A stretch of DNA of 64,000 nt, from positions 22,006 through 86,005 of the IMG/VR virus record IMGVR_UViG_3300020049_016712, one strand, 5' to 3'. The number at the start of each line of letters is the position of its first letter. Positions within the stretch are counted from its first letter, which is position 1. Both the position numbers and the translations under genes were made by a program. Of the stretch, positions 35,375-44,495 are shown one piece after another. Source of the DNA: a virus (Duplodnaviria > Caudoviricetes). Below the pieces are notes generated by a model that made no database searches, had not been told where the DNA came from, and worked only from the letters and a program-made list of their open reading frames with translations.

Positions 35375-38134
35375 TTAGCTGGAGGCGATGGAAGCCTGCG
35401 CTTTGCGGTGGTCGGTGAAGACCATCCCGTAAACCTGGCGGCATTTCCAGGTATACTTGTCTCCGGTGAACGCGTCGCCGACCATCGGGTCATCCTGCAG
35501 GAGAATCTGAGGATTCTGCTGACCGCCCAGGAAGCCGACTTCGACGGGCTTGTCTGCGAACATGAACCAGTTGTCGAGGTCGAAACCGAGGTAATCGCTC
35601 TGGATCGCGATTCCCGAAAGTCGACCGGTGGAAACGTCCGGATAGATGGCCGAAACGTCGTTGTTTCCGCCTCCGGGCTTGAGTCGCGAGTTGAGAATCT
35701 GGAACATCTCGGCCCGCTTCGTGTGAGGAACCACCAGTTTGACCATCCGAGGGTTCAGGAAGGCTCCGAGTTGCTCGACGCGAGCCTCGTCGGAGTGCGT
35801 TGCGGCGGTCGTTCCACCAATCCCGCGAGTCACGTTGGCGTAAGATCCGCCCGAAGAACCCGGCAGGGAGCCCACCAGCATCTTCTCGGAGTCGATCTGA
35901 ATCACATCACCTTGCTTGAGGAACGCGGTGATGTCGGTGATTGCGGTTCCGTCCCTCTTCGCCAACTGAATCTCGGTGGCGCTGGTGCTACCAATCGCGG
36001 CCTCGAGGCGCAGAACGTTGGCGAACCGGCGCTGGTTGGTCAGTCGCTCCCACATGTCGGCAACCGGCTGATATGCCAGGGTGTCCGATGCGAGGTTGTC
36101 GTGAGCCGAGTTGAAAATCGACACGGCGTCGTAACTCACGTCGGCTCCGATGGTCCCACCGTTGTTCGCGATGGCCGTCTTCCAGACCAACTCGTTCAAG
36201 GTGTGGACGCAGGAGTTCGCGATCTCCTGGGGCATCGCCTGGAGTTTGTCGAGGTCGTCGTTGACGATCATCTCCCAGGTCAACTGCACCAGATAGCCCT
36301 TTTTTGCAGCGGTGTAGGTTACCTGCTCGTCGGCAGGGAATCCGGCCTGCAGGTAAGTCCCTGCCTCGGCAACCGTTGGAACGATGCCGAGACCGCCCAC
36401 CAGAATCCGCTTCTGGGTTTTGAAGTTGTCGATGGGCACGATGGTCGCAACCTCTTGCCAGTGCGCTTCGGCCTGATTGTAGGCCTGCAGCAACGCGCGC
36501 TCGGTAGAGTCACCGAGAACGTAGGTCAGGTCAGCAGTCGTTGCCTCGACGATGCGGCCCGGGCCGTGCTGGCCCTTCTGCATCTGCCAAACATCGGCGT
36601 CGAACCACTCGCGGAAGAAGCCGCGAATCGAAGGCCGAATCGGAACCAGTCTATAAAGCTCCTTGTCGGACTCCTTGAGGCCATCGGCTTCTTGCCACTT
36701 GTAGCCCATCATCGCGTCGGCCCACTTTTTCATGCGGTCGACCTTCTCGGCTCCAACGGACACGCGAACACCGGCGCCCTCGGATTCGGGAGTTCTGCTG
36801 AGACTTGCCACGATCTTCCTCTGCCCTTCGATGGCCTCGCGCAGGTCCTCGGCCTTAAACGTGCGGCCGGAGAACTGGCGCTTGAGTTCGTCGGTCGCAA
36901 CCGAGGGAAGACCGGACTCCCGCAACTGCTCGTTTAGGAGCATGCGGCACTCGATCAGTTCGGTGCGCTTCGCGGCCTCCAGCACGGCTTTCTGGGCTTC
37001 GGTCATGGCCGGCTCAGGAGCGGCCGCAGCCGGTTGCGCAACAGGGGCCGCAACGGGAGCCTCGGGAGCAACAGGAGCCGCAGGAGCGGCCTCAGGAGTC
37101 TTGGAGGCTGGCTCCGCAACCGGTTCAACCGGCTCGGTGGTCGCCTCTTTGTAGGAGTCCATACAAGCCTTAATAGCCTGCATGGCGCCCTCCATGTTGT
37201 CTTCCTCGACCATTTTCATGATCTTCTTCTTTTTGTCGTCGGGAGTCTTCATCTCGGCCAGGCGCGCGCCCAGTGCCTCATGAAGCTCCTCGGTGCTCGA
37301 CTCCTCCAGGTTGCCGGTATACTCCAGCGAACGGAGCCCACGGACAAGCAATTTCCGATTCATTTTTGCAGCCTCCTTAACGGCTGGTGTATTTTCGGCC
37401 CCCAGGGCCTGCTCTTTGGCTCCGCCCGAAGGCGACTCCAAACTTTTCTTCAACTCTTGTGCGGTGATTCCAAATGCGGAATCCAGCGTCTCGAGTCCAG
37501 ACTGCATCGAGGCCACGAGGCGCAAAAACTTGCCTCCAGCAGCCCCTTTGGTAACCACCGTCAGTTCCTCGACTCGGGAAATTTGGCGAATCTCGCGCAC
37601 CGGCTGGCCTTCCGCATAGCCCAGCGTGTGCGGGCCTTCAGCCTCGATACTCAACTCTAGGAAATCAGCCGAACCAGACTCGGCCGCGCGCATCAGAGTG
37701 TTCCGCAGCCAGTCATCGGTAACGTGCAAATCTGCGATAATCGCGGGGACCGTCTTGCCCTGTTTCGCCGAATCGCTTTCCCCCATCCGCACGTTCCGCA
37801 ATACGCCAACAACATTCCCGGCTACACCCTCGGGAATCAGGCGGCGCACATCCATAGAGGCGTGGTCGAATCCGTCGCCTCCGCCCGGGCGCGCAAACTG
37901 GTAAATAGCAACCGGCTTACCCTCAAAAAGCGGAACAGCCTGGCGCAACACCTCGGGCTTGTAGAGATTCTTGTTGGCCGAAACCCCAGCTTCGATCACG
38001 ACCACTTGCCAGACTCGACCCTGGGGGTCCTGGGCCCGCTCGACAAGGCGCGCGTTCGGCATCGCAATGGTTTCGTAACGTAAACGTTTCACGGGTTCCG
38101 ATTTCCGCGCATGCGGAATACGAACCTTTTTCAA
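35375..38134 (-). CDS. Fused prohead protease/scaffold/major capsid protein (HK97 fold, Mu gpT-like)
   Basis: N-terminal VIEAGVSANKNLYK...LSIE protease-like region; Ala/Pro/Glu scaffold linker; capsid region TERALLQAY...DNFK...TVAEAGTY...KKGYLVQLTWEMIVNDD. Start probably later (MPNARL, 38062). Confidence 0.88.
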   Translation of the reverse strand: MKKVRIPHARKSEPVKRLRYETIAMPNARLVERAQDPQGRVWQVVVIEAGVSANKNLYKPEVLRQAVPLFEGKPVAIYQFARPGGGDGFDHASMDVRRLIPEGVAGNVVGVLRNVRMGESDSAKQGKTVPAIIADLHVTDDWLRNTLMRAAESGSADFLELSIEAEGPHTLGYAEGQPVREIRQISRVEELTVVTKGAAGGKFLRLVASMQSGLETLDSAFGITAQELKKSLESPSGGAKEQALGAENTPAVKEAAKMNRKLLVRGLRSLEYTGNLEESSTEELHEALGARLAEMKTPDDKKKKIMKMVEEDNMEGAMQAIKACMDSYKEATTEPVEPVAEPASKTPEAAPAAPVAPEAPVAAPVAQPAAAAPEPAMTEAQKAVLEAAKRTELIECRMLLNEQLRESGLPSVATDELKRQFSGRTFKAEDLREAIEGQRKIVASLSRTPESEGAGVRVSVGAEKVDRMKKWADAMMGYKWQEADGLKESDKELYRLVPIRPSIRGFFREWFDADVWQMQKGQHGPGRIVEATTADLTYVLGDSTERALLQAYNQAEAHWQEVATIVPIDNFKTQKRILVGGLGIVPTVAEAGTYLQAGFPADEQVTYTAAKKGYLVQLTWEMIVNDDLDKLQAMPQEIANSCVHTLNELVWKTAIANNGGTIGADVSYDAVSIFNSAHDNLASDTLAYQPVADMWERLTNQRRFANVLRLEAAIGSTSATEIQLAKRDGTAITDITAFLKQGDVIQIDSEKMLVGSLPGSSGGSYANVTRGIGGTTAATHSDEARVEQLGAFLNPRMVKLVVPHTKRAEMFQILNSRLKPGGGNNDVSAIYPDVSTGRLSGIAIQSDYLGFDLDNWFMFADKPVEVGFLGGQQNPQILLQDDPMVGDAFTGDKYTWKCRQVYGMVFTDHRKAQASIASS
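38103..38130 (-). promoter_or_regulatory. Late-gene motif
   Basis: Minus strand AAAAGGTTC-GTA-TTCCGCATGCGCGGAA. Confidence 0.75.
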
Positions 38135-38199
38135 TCATTTCGTGAAACAAACTCAACTAGACAGGGTAGAAGGAAACTTCCAGGCCTCGGCGAATCCAT

Positions 38200-38267
38200 T
38201 ACCTCGCAACCAAACAAACTCCACAATCGAAGGGCCTCGGGACCAACCTCCTGGGGCTTTTCCCTTA
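38200..38267 (-). repeat. Dispersed intergenic repeat, copy B
   Basis: Shares GAGGCCCTTCGATTGTGGAG and GTTTGGTTGCGAGGTA with copy C. Confidence 0.8.
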
Positions 38268-38301
38268 GCAGGCATGGGCTCAGTTGCTCGGTTTTGGAGG
38301 T

Positions 38302-38409
38302 TTATCCGCGTTTGCGTCTGCGGTGATGCCGGTTGATGAACCAGTCCTCGAAAACCACGGTGGACGCGACGACGGCCAATGCGGCAATGACCATGATGAG
38401 GAATGACAT
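38302..38409 (-). CDS. Small membrane peptide (35 aa)
   Basis: MSFLIMVIAALAVVASTVVFEDWFINRHHRRRKRG; TAATG overlap with the upstream stop. Confidence 0.6.
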   Translation of the reverse strand: MSFLIMVIAALAVVASTVVFEDWFINRHHRRRKRG

Positions 38410-38999
38410 TATCGGTTTCTCTCCGGGTAGATGTCCCATGGTTCCTGGGGAGTTTCGGTGTCCTCGACGGCGGTCAGCGTGTCTTGCGATGTCTGGAAAA
38501 CGACTCCTGCGTCTGGCTCTTTGGCGAACTCCCACTGCGTATACTCGTTCAGGTGCACGATCACTGATTCCTCGATGGCATTCCCGCCAAACAGTTGCCG
38601 GCTTCGGATCGTGCAGAAGTTTTCTCCGCGCTCGCCCAGGGCCATCTCGGGCGGCCCAACTTCCTCGCAGAACTGACCGTCCTCTCCACCGAGAGAAGCG
38701 ATGACGCTAGAAACGATTTCATCGTTGCCGGCCAAACGCCAGAAACGGTCTCCTCCGCGCTCGTGCCAGCAAGCCGCGAAAGGAGCATCCGGGTAAGCCT
38801 CGGCGATTGCGGCCGGGTCCGCTGACGGGTCGTTGACAACAGGCACCTCGTGGCCGCCAACGAAAATCATGTCGCACTCGGAGAAGCGTTCGACTTGCGC
38901 AAGGCGCTGCTTGGCCAGATCCTCGGAATCGAAACATCCGAAAGACCGCGATCCATCGGCGTTGTATACGCACCACTTGCCGTCAACCTGTTTAATCAC
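38409..38999 (-). CDS. Hypothetical protein (196 aa)
   Basis: N-terminal IKQVDGKWCVY...GCFDS..LAKQRLAQVE motif of a type seen in phage head-module proteins. Confidence 0.65.
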   Translation of the reverse strand: MIKQVDGKWCVYNADGSRSFGCFDSEDLAKQRLAQVERFSECDMIFVGGHEVPVVNDPSADPAAIAEAYPDAPFAACWHERGGDRFWRLAGNDEIVSSVIASLGGEDGQFCEEVGPPEMALGERGENFCTIRSRQLFGGNAIEESVIVHLNEYTQWEFAKEPDAGVVFQTSQDTLTAVEDTETPQEPWDIYPERNR

Positions 39000-39032
39000 C
39001 AGACACCTCCGAGCTTGCTAGATGAATGTTTC

Positions 39033-39485
39033 TCAACTATACCCCAGGAACCCTTTCACCGGCATACTCTCGTAAGCGCACTCGGCGCACAGGCATTCAC
39101 CGCCAAACGGAATATGGTAAAAGTTCTTTCCACGGGTGAATAGCATCCCACAGACCAAGCAGGTGCGATCTTTGTCCATGGTCTTCCAATATACAGTGTC
39201 TGCATCGTCACTCCACTCTCTACACCAGTACAGGTCGCATTTCAAGCACAGGCACTGGCGCGGTTGGCAAACTCCCCACCTCGACCGGATGTGAATCCAA
39301 AATGGTCTGGCATGATGGTCAAATGGGTGGGCGCTGAGCGAAATATCATCCTTCGGAGCAATCACAATCTCGCCGCACTGAAGGCACTGATAGGGCACAT
39401 CCTCGCTAGCCAACTCCTCCATGAGCAAAGCGGCCTTCTGGTGTTCGCTCAGATAAGGCCGATCGGTATGGTCGTTGCTACTCAA
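39033..39485 (-). CDS. Multi Zn-finger protein
   Basis: CLQC, CLKC, CLVC, CAEC; probable TTG start overlapping the XRE gene stop. Confidence 0.6.
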   Translation of the reverse strand: MSSNDHTDRPYLSEHQKAALLMEELASEDVPYQCLQCGEIVIAPKDDISLSAHPFDHHARPFWIHIRSRWGVCQPRQCLCLKCDLYWCREWSDDADTVYWKTMDKDRTCLVCGMLFTRGKNFYHIPFGGECLCAECAYESMPVKGFLGYS

Positions 39486-39891
39486 AGAGGTCTTCGTTGA
39501 TGTCCAGGATGGCTTGCCGGATAGCGAAGTTTCGTTTGGCCTCATCTATCTCGCGGATCATTCGACAAGCGTTGCCAATCCAGATACCGGCCGCCGCCTG
39601 CTCGGACGGTTCGCATTCCATCAACTCCAAAATTGACTCGCGCAAACTCGGATCCAACTCATCTAGCAGAACTTCCTCGGGGGCGTATCCGGCCATCAGC
39701 AAGCCCTCCTCGGCGTTACCGAAATACTCGCCGATGGCCCGCGCCAACTCGCGCGATGGAATCAGTCCATCTTTCTCGATTTTTGAGAGGTAGGTGCCGT
39801 GAACACCTATAGCCTTCGCGACCTGCTTTTTTTCGCGACCACTGATTCGGCTGGAGAACCACTCCTGCCATGTTGCAATCCCACTGCCCAT
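39478..39891 (-). CDS. XRE-family HTH transcriptional regulator
   Basis: KKQVAKAIGVHGTYLSKIEKDGLIPSRELARAIGEYF; SD GGAGCAAACAGGA-ATG. Confidence 0.85.
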   Translation of the reverse strand: MGSGIATWQEWFSSRISGREKKQVAKAIGVHGTYLSKIEKDGLIPSRELARAIGEYFGNAEEGLLMAGYAPEEVLLDELDPSLRESILELMECEPSEQAAAGIWIGNACRMIREIDEAKRNFAIRQAILDINEDLFE

Positions 39892-40011
39892 TCCTGTTTG
39901 CTCCTATTCCTATTTTGCATCGGAAGACTTCTGTTCACGGGTAACCCATCCAGAATTTCCGAACGTGTAGCCCATGATCGTCACCTCGAAGGACCATCCG
40001 AAGATTGTCAC

Positions 40012-40464
40012 CTAGTAAAGTTTGAACTTTCGCTTGCCGGCATCGTCGCGCACCGCCGTCCATCCGTCGCGCTGCTCGTAGATGGCGATAGGCAGACGTG
40101 TATGCGCACCGGCGCGCGCCCACTTGAGGATGTCGACGGCCACCGAAAGCGGCAAGTTGTGGGTCGTGCCATCGCGACACTTGACCACCCGCATGGCGTT
40201 CGGATCGCGACTCAACTCGGCCTCGACCTTCTCGTCAGACGGGATAGGCTCATCTTTAATGACCACGTCGAAATCCTGCGTGATAGACTCTTTGAACACC
40301 TCGCGGAGTAACTCGACTTCGTCATCTTCGAGCCTGCTCTGGACCTTGACGCCCTCTTTGCCCTCGGCCTCCAGAGCCTCCACCAGGTGCTTCGATTCAA
40401 CGGGTTCTCCGTTGACTTCGATACCCTTTTTCGACAATTCCTTTGCTAGTTGCCAGACGAGCAT
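40012..40464 (-). CDS. Protein with translation initiation factor IF2 N-terminal-like domain
   Basis: Start revised to 40464 (SD GGAGG): MLVWQLAKEL...ESKHLVEAL...G...KVQSRLEDDEVELLREVF resembles the IF2_N consensus. Confidence 0.7.
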   Translation of the reverse strand: MLVWQLAKELSKKGIEVNGEPVESKHLVEALEAEGKEGVKVQSRLEDDEVELLREVFKESITQDFDVVIKDEPIPSDEKVEAELSRDPNAMRVVKCRDGTTHNLPLSVAVDILKWARAGAHTRLPIAIYEQRDGWTAVRDDAGKRKFKLY

Positions 40465-40520
40465 GTTTCCTCCGAATAATTCTGATCTGGATTGGATTCG
40501 AGCTTGCCGAAGGTTTTCCT

Positions 40521-41498
40521 TCACTCTTCGGGTCCTGCTAAGCCGCCGTCGCCGAGCAGCCATTCGCCAGCGGTCTGGCCTTTCGCCTTGCGCGGTAGGG
40601 AGTTGGGAGTCCATACGACCCACGAGCATCGGCATAACGGGTGTTGGGGAATGGTAGGCGCCTTCTCGTTGCCGATGCTTCCCTTTGGGTCTTTGTATTG
40701 CGTCGACCCAGGTATGTCGCGCAGGTCAACCGCACCTTTATCCGTGTAGGGCGTTCCGTCGAGCCGATACCGGCGGCCATCGAACGGCGCGCATCGGGGA
40801 CAAGCATCAGCCTGAGCCACATACAACTTAAGCACGTCCCAACCCGGAAACTCATAGGCCAATTGTTCCATGCGCGCGGTCATCACCGCCTGCACCGACC
40901 TGGCCAATTCTGTTCGAGCAATCATCCGAGCCCGCACAGCAATGGAGCGCCACACTCCGGGCTTGCCGATGTGTTTCTCGATGGCCCGAGCCAGGTCGTC
41001 GATACTCGCGCCCGAGACCACGGCTGCGGTGACCTCCTGCGCAATCTGCTCCCGTGCGTAAAGCGAGAGGCCAGAGATATACTGCTGTCGAGCCGCCGCC
41101 TCCAGGGCCGAGCGGCCGGGCAGTTCGGCCAAATTGCGCACCATCTCAGGATTAAACTCGGGAATCAGGAGCGAAAGGTGCGTGTCGACGATTTGCCGTC
41201 CAATCAACACCGAATCCTCAATAACCGGATTCACGTCGGTTGCGAACTCCAGAGCCGCAGCCGTCGTCTCGGGCTTGGCCATGTCGACCACGGGCTTAAT
41301 CCACGATGGCCCGAAGGGGAGAATCTTGCGCGCTCGATCAAAGGCGCCAGAGAGGCCATCGACAACCCGCCTGCGCAGGTTCACAATGGACCCTAGAGCC
41401 TTTTTCCTGACCTCGGCGTCTTTCTGGTCGAGTCGGTTGAACAATGGCCGTAAACGGTCCTGCAGGCGCCTGAGAAGGCTTCGTTTTTCCTCACCCAT
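40521..41498 (-). CDS. Minor head protein (Mu gpF / SPP1 gp7-like)
   Basis: RARMIARTELARS; CPRC; PQHPLCRCSWV. Confidence 0.9.
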   Translation of the reverse strand: MGEEKRSLLRRLQDRLRPLFNRLDQKDAEVRKKALGSIVNLRRRVVDGLSGAFDRARKILPFGPSWIKPVVDMAKPETTAAALEFATDVNPVIEDSVLIGRQIVDTHLSLLIPEFNPEMVRNLAELPGRSALEAAARQQYISGLSLYAREQIAQEVTAAVVSGASIDDLARAIEKHIGKPGVWRSIAVRARMIARTELARSVQAVMTARMEQLAYEFPGWDVLKLYVAQADACPRCAPFDGRRYRLDGTPYTDKGAVDLRDIPGSTQYKDPKGSIGNEKAPTIPQHPLCRCSWVVWTPNSLPRKAKGQTAGEWLLGDGGLAGPEE

Positions 41499-41943
41499 TG
41501 GTAAATTCTAACACATTCCACAACCACTCGGCTCGCGCATCCAGTTTCTCGATAACAGACCGGCTTGGCGGTGGCCACATGGGCTGGCGATGACCAATCC
41601 AGAAAACCCATTCCCGACCGGTGCACAGGCGAGACTTCTCGTTTCGGCAATTCGGAGAGGTTCCCAACGATGAAGTGGTAATCCTGTTGTCGGGCACCTC
41701 TGAGATCTCTTCAAGTGTTATTTTCCGGCCATTTCGGTGGGGCCATATCATGAAGTCGTGAACGATGAACATTCTCATCAGGTAATCATCGAGGTTGACG
41801 AAGTAAATATGGTCGAACCGAACATTAGAATCCCATGGACAATAGGCATGCAGGTCGAGTCGGTTGGTGGCAACCCTGCGGAACTCGATAGCCGGAGTCG
41901 CCAGCCAACCATCGAACATGAACGCGGCATACTCGGCGCTCAT
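41491..41943 (-). CDS. Hypothetical protein, array member
   Basis: Start MSAEY by ATGA overlap; ends WVFW...LWNVLEFTNG. Confidence 0.65.
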   Translation of the reverse strand: MSAEYAAFMFDGWLATPAIEFRRVATNRLDLHAYCPWDSNVRFDHIYFVNLDDYLMRMFIVHDFMIWPHRNGRKITLEEISEVPDNRITTSSLGTSPNCRNEKSRLCTGREWVFWIGHRQPMWPPPSRSVIEKLDARAEWLWNVLEFTNG

Positions 41944-42398
41944 AAGGCAAGGTCGACCATCGTCAGCCATCCAGGTCCGTGTTCGCGCAGTGGACTAATC
42001 AGGTCTTCGGGATTCTCGGGGACTGGAGGGATGGCAATATTGAAGGCTAGCCAGAACCGACCATGTTCAGGAGTATGAAACAAGTTCGGATGCGCTTTCG
42101 ACTCAAAATACGGACGGTGAATCCGTATCATGGTGTATCCACCAGGCGTATAGTCAACGACAGTCTTGTTCGAACCATGTATCCTAAACGCCATTTCCGA
42201 CACAATGTCGAGCAGAACGAACCCAAATCCGATCCCTTCTCTTCCATCCACCAGGTCCATTCCTGCAGGAAACATCGCAGCGGTTACGACGTACAGAGGA
42301 AACGATTCCCTGGCCTTCCACACGACCACCGGCCCGACCATCCAGTCGCCGATTTCGAAGCCTCGAGTCCCTATCTCGCCAGTTCTGCGATGGTCCAT
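41940..42398 (-). CDS. Hypothetical protein, array member
   Basis: Ends GRFWLAF...LTMVDLAL. Confidence 0.65.
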   Translation of the reverse strand: MDHRRTGEIGTRGFEIGDWMVGPVVVWKARESFPLYVVTAAMFPAGMDLVDGREGIGFGFVLLDIVSEMAFRIHGSNKTVVDYTPGGYTMIRIHRPYFESKAHPNLFHTPEHGRFWLAFNIAIPPVPENPEDLISPLREHGPGWLTMVDLAL

Positions 42399-42808
42399 AG
42401 GTCGGCAGCCCGCTCCTTCAGTTTAACGAGAACCTCAACAGGAGGTGGCACAGTATGGGACAGATCCTTGCTCCAAAACACCCAGAATCGCCCTCGAGAT
42501 TCCAGTAAGAGCGGATCCTGGTGTTCGTATGCGGCGATATGGGAAATCGGCTCCGTGTCCTCCAACACCACGATAATCATTCCTGAATCCATGGTTTCAA
42601 TGTGATAGTCCTCGAACGTATACCCGCATACAAGCATGGTGTCGATGTCGGCTATCCACACGGGCCAGTAACAGAAATTTTTCATCGGAACCCCAATTAG
42701 TCCATAGGGGCAAATCGTCTCTAGCGCATATTCCTTGCCGAACTCGGAACCAGCGTTTAGGACCGGACCGAACACCCAACCGTCTATAACAAAGGCGTTG
42801 TCGTTCAT
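42371..42808 (-). CDS. Hypothetical protein, array member
   Basis: Ends GRFWVFW...LWTIAELAR. Confidence 0.65.
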   Translation of the reverse strand: MNDNAFVIDGWVFGPVLNAGSEFGKEYALETICPYGLIGVPMKNFCYWPVWIADIDTMLVCGYTFEDYHIETMDSGMIIVVLEDTEPISHIAAYEHQDPLLLESRGRFWVFWSKDLSHTVPPPVEVLVKLKERAADLWTIAELAR

Positions 42809-43374
42809 TGTCCGGCCGCGAGGTCGATCATGGTTTGGCGCGGCGTTGCCTTGCGCATAACAGCCTTGAACATCTTCTCCATTTTCTCAGACGAGAACCT
42901 GCGAGGGTGAAGGATGACCCAAAACGACTCCTCCGATGCCGGCATGAAATCGCCATGTCCGGTAGCATCGAACACGACATGGGTGGGCCTGGTGGCTGGA
43001 GGCCTGGGCAGTATCGGTGCGTTTCGAAATCCGAAATGCTTAGTCGCTATCGTGTCGCCTAGCCGATACCCGATATTGTTCTCGATCATGATGGCGTCGC
43101 GGGCCATGTCGATCCGAGCGTATGGCATCGTGACGCAAACCCCAGTGCGCATACCGATGAACGTCGCCATGTGCCGATTCCAAAGACAAGTGTATAATTT
43201 CTCACTAACAGCCCTGTAGGCTGATTTATAGGCATTGCTGGCATCTTCGCTCCCATAGAAAGGATTGGGACCAATGTCGAGAAAGGCCGTAAGTTCTCCT
43301 GGACTCCATTCGGCCACGTGAACCACCAGATAGCGGTAACTCATAAACGCCGTCAGCATTTGAGGGAAACTCAT
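42805..43374 (-). CDS. Hypothetical protein, array member
   Basis: Ends SFWVIL...QTMIDLAAGQ. Confidence 0.65.
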   Translation of the reverse strand: MSFPQMLTAFMSYRYLVVHVAEWSPGELTAFLDIGPNPFYGSEDASNAYKSAYRAVSEKLYTCLWNRHMATFIGMRTGVCVTMPYARIDMARDAIMIENNIGYRLGDTIATKHFGFRNAPILPRPPATRPTHVVFDATGHGDFMPASEESFWVILHPRRFSSEKMEKMFKAVMRKATPRQTMIDLAAGQ

Positions 43375-43874
43375 TTAGCCAGGTCCGTCATGATCTGAAA
43401 TGGCTCGGCTTGCCGGAGGATGCGTTTTTTGAGGTCCAAGCACCTGCTCTCGCTGGGTTTGGTCGGGCACATGGCGACCCAAAAATCCTCTGACTCAGTA
43501 GGGCTCCATCCGTGTTGCTCGGTGTAGAATAAGGGCTTTTTGGAGGCACCATACTGAATGGTCCATCCATCAGGAATTCCATCGGTCGGGGTCCGAACCG
43601 AACAATGATGAATCCTGATAACTAAAGGCATGTCGTCGTAGTAGAAAACCGGATGAAACCCGAATGGAACCGCCGCGAGTCCGCAGTACCCTGTCTGCAT
43701 CCCAACCAGAAGTATGTGCTTCGCGGACGAATCGTATAGAACACACCTGCGCCACTCATCAAGTATCGCTTCTGGTTGCGGCCATCGGACGATGATTCGC
43801 GTATCGCTCATGCCAGCGTATTCGATGCGCTCGACCGGGAATACCGGGAAATTGTCGATAACGAAGCCGATCAT
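43371..43874 (-). CDS. Hypothetical protein, array member
   Basis: Start MIGFVIDN by ATGA overlap; ends DFWVAM...QIMTDLAK. Confidence 0.65.
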   Translation of the reverse strand: MIGFVIDNFPVFPVERIEYAGMSDTRIIVRWPQPEAILDEWRRCVLYDSSAKHILLVGMQTGYCGLAAVPFGFHPVFYYDDMPLVIRIHHCSVRTPTDGIPDGWTIQYGASKKPLFYTEQHGWSPTESEDFWVAMCPTKPSESRCLDLKKRILRQAEPFQIMTDLAK

Positions 43875-44017
43875 CGAGGCAACTCGCAATCAAGCACGAA
43901 AGCCCCGAACTGCGCACAAACCTCGAGGCACGGCGCGCAAGAGAAGACGGGATCCATGGGGCTCCCAACCGTGTGGACCCGACCAACGATTTCCTGGTTG
44001 CACAAACCGCACACCAT
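43871..44017 (-). CDS. Mini Zn-finger protein (48 aa)
   Basis: MVCGLC...CAPC; TGATG and ATGA overlaps on both sides. Confidence 0.6.
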   Translation of the reverse strand: MVCGLCNQEIVGRVHTVGSPMDPVFSCAPCLEVCAQFGAFVLDCELPR

Positions 44018-44448
44018 CAAAGGAAATCCTGCATCAAACACAATTTCTCGGACATCGTGTCGGCAATTTCCCACAAAACCCTATGCTCGAGCTTGGACAT
44101 CTTCCAGGGCACCATAGCTGCCACTGCTCCCCTGAAAGAATATTCATTGTCCATCAGGAGCCCAAACATGGTTGAATATGTCGGCCCGTCAAAGGCATCT
44201 TTATAAACCGAGATGCGCATGTAATCATCATGCACCCACAGGTCGAACAAGCCCTTCGGAAGCACGTCATCGCAGCCAAGGCTTGGAAACCGCAGATACA
44301 AGGTCAAATCGTGGTAGTCGTGACCCATTCCAAGCCATTCGACCAGGGCACCGGTGCGCCTGATATACAGGTTCACTCCAACGGGACCAGAGCGCGCACC
44401 AAGAACCGGAATAACTGGGCACTCCTCGATCAACAAATGCTTTCCCAC
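44017..44448 (-). CDS. Hypothetical protein, array member
   Basis: Aromatic-rich like its neighbours; ends LCLMQDFL. Confidence 0.6.
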   Translation of the reverse strand: MGKHLLIEECPVIPVLGARSGPVGVNLYIRRTGALVEWLGMGHDYHDLTLYLRFPSLGCDDVLPKGLFDLWVHDDYMRISVYKDAFDGPTYSTMFGLLMDNEYSFRGAVAAMVPWKMSKLEHRVLWEIADTMSEKLCLMQDFL

Positions 44449-44495
44449 ACTGTTGACTTCGGAAAACGTTGGTCAAATCCTTCGTTGAAGGAAAC

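Noticed and set aside
35408-37660. 509-aa and 208-aa plus-strand ORFs opposite the capsid gene
   Set aside because: Shadow ORFs.
38063-38134. N-terminal extension MKKVRIPHARKSEP of the capsid ORF (likewise MSIPQRFAFGMRG at 18638)
   Set aside because: It is the conserved late motif read as codons; the true starts are probably downstream.
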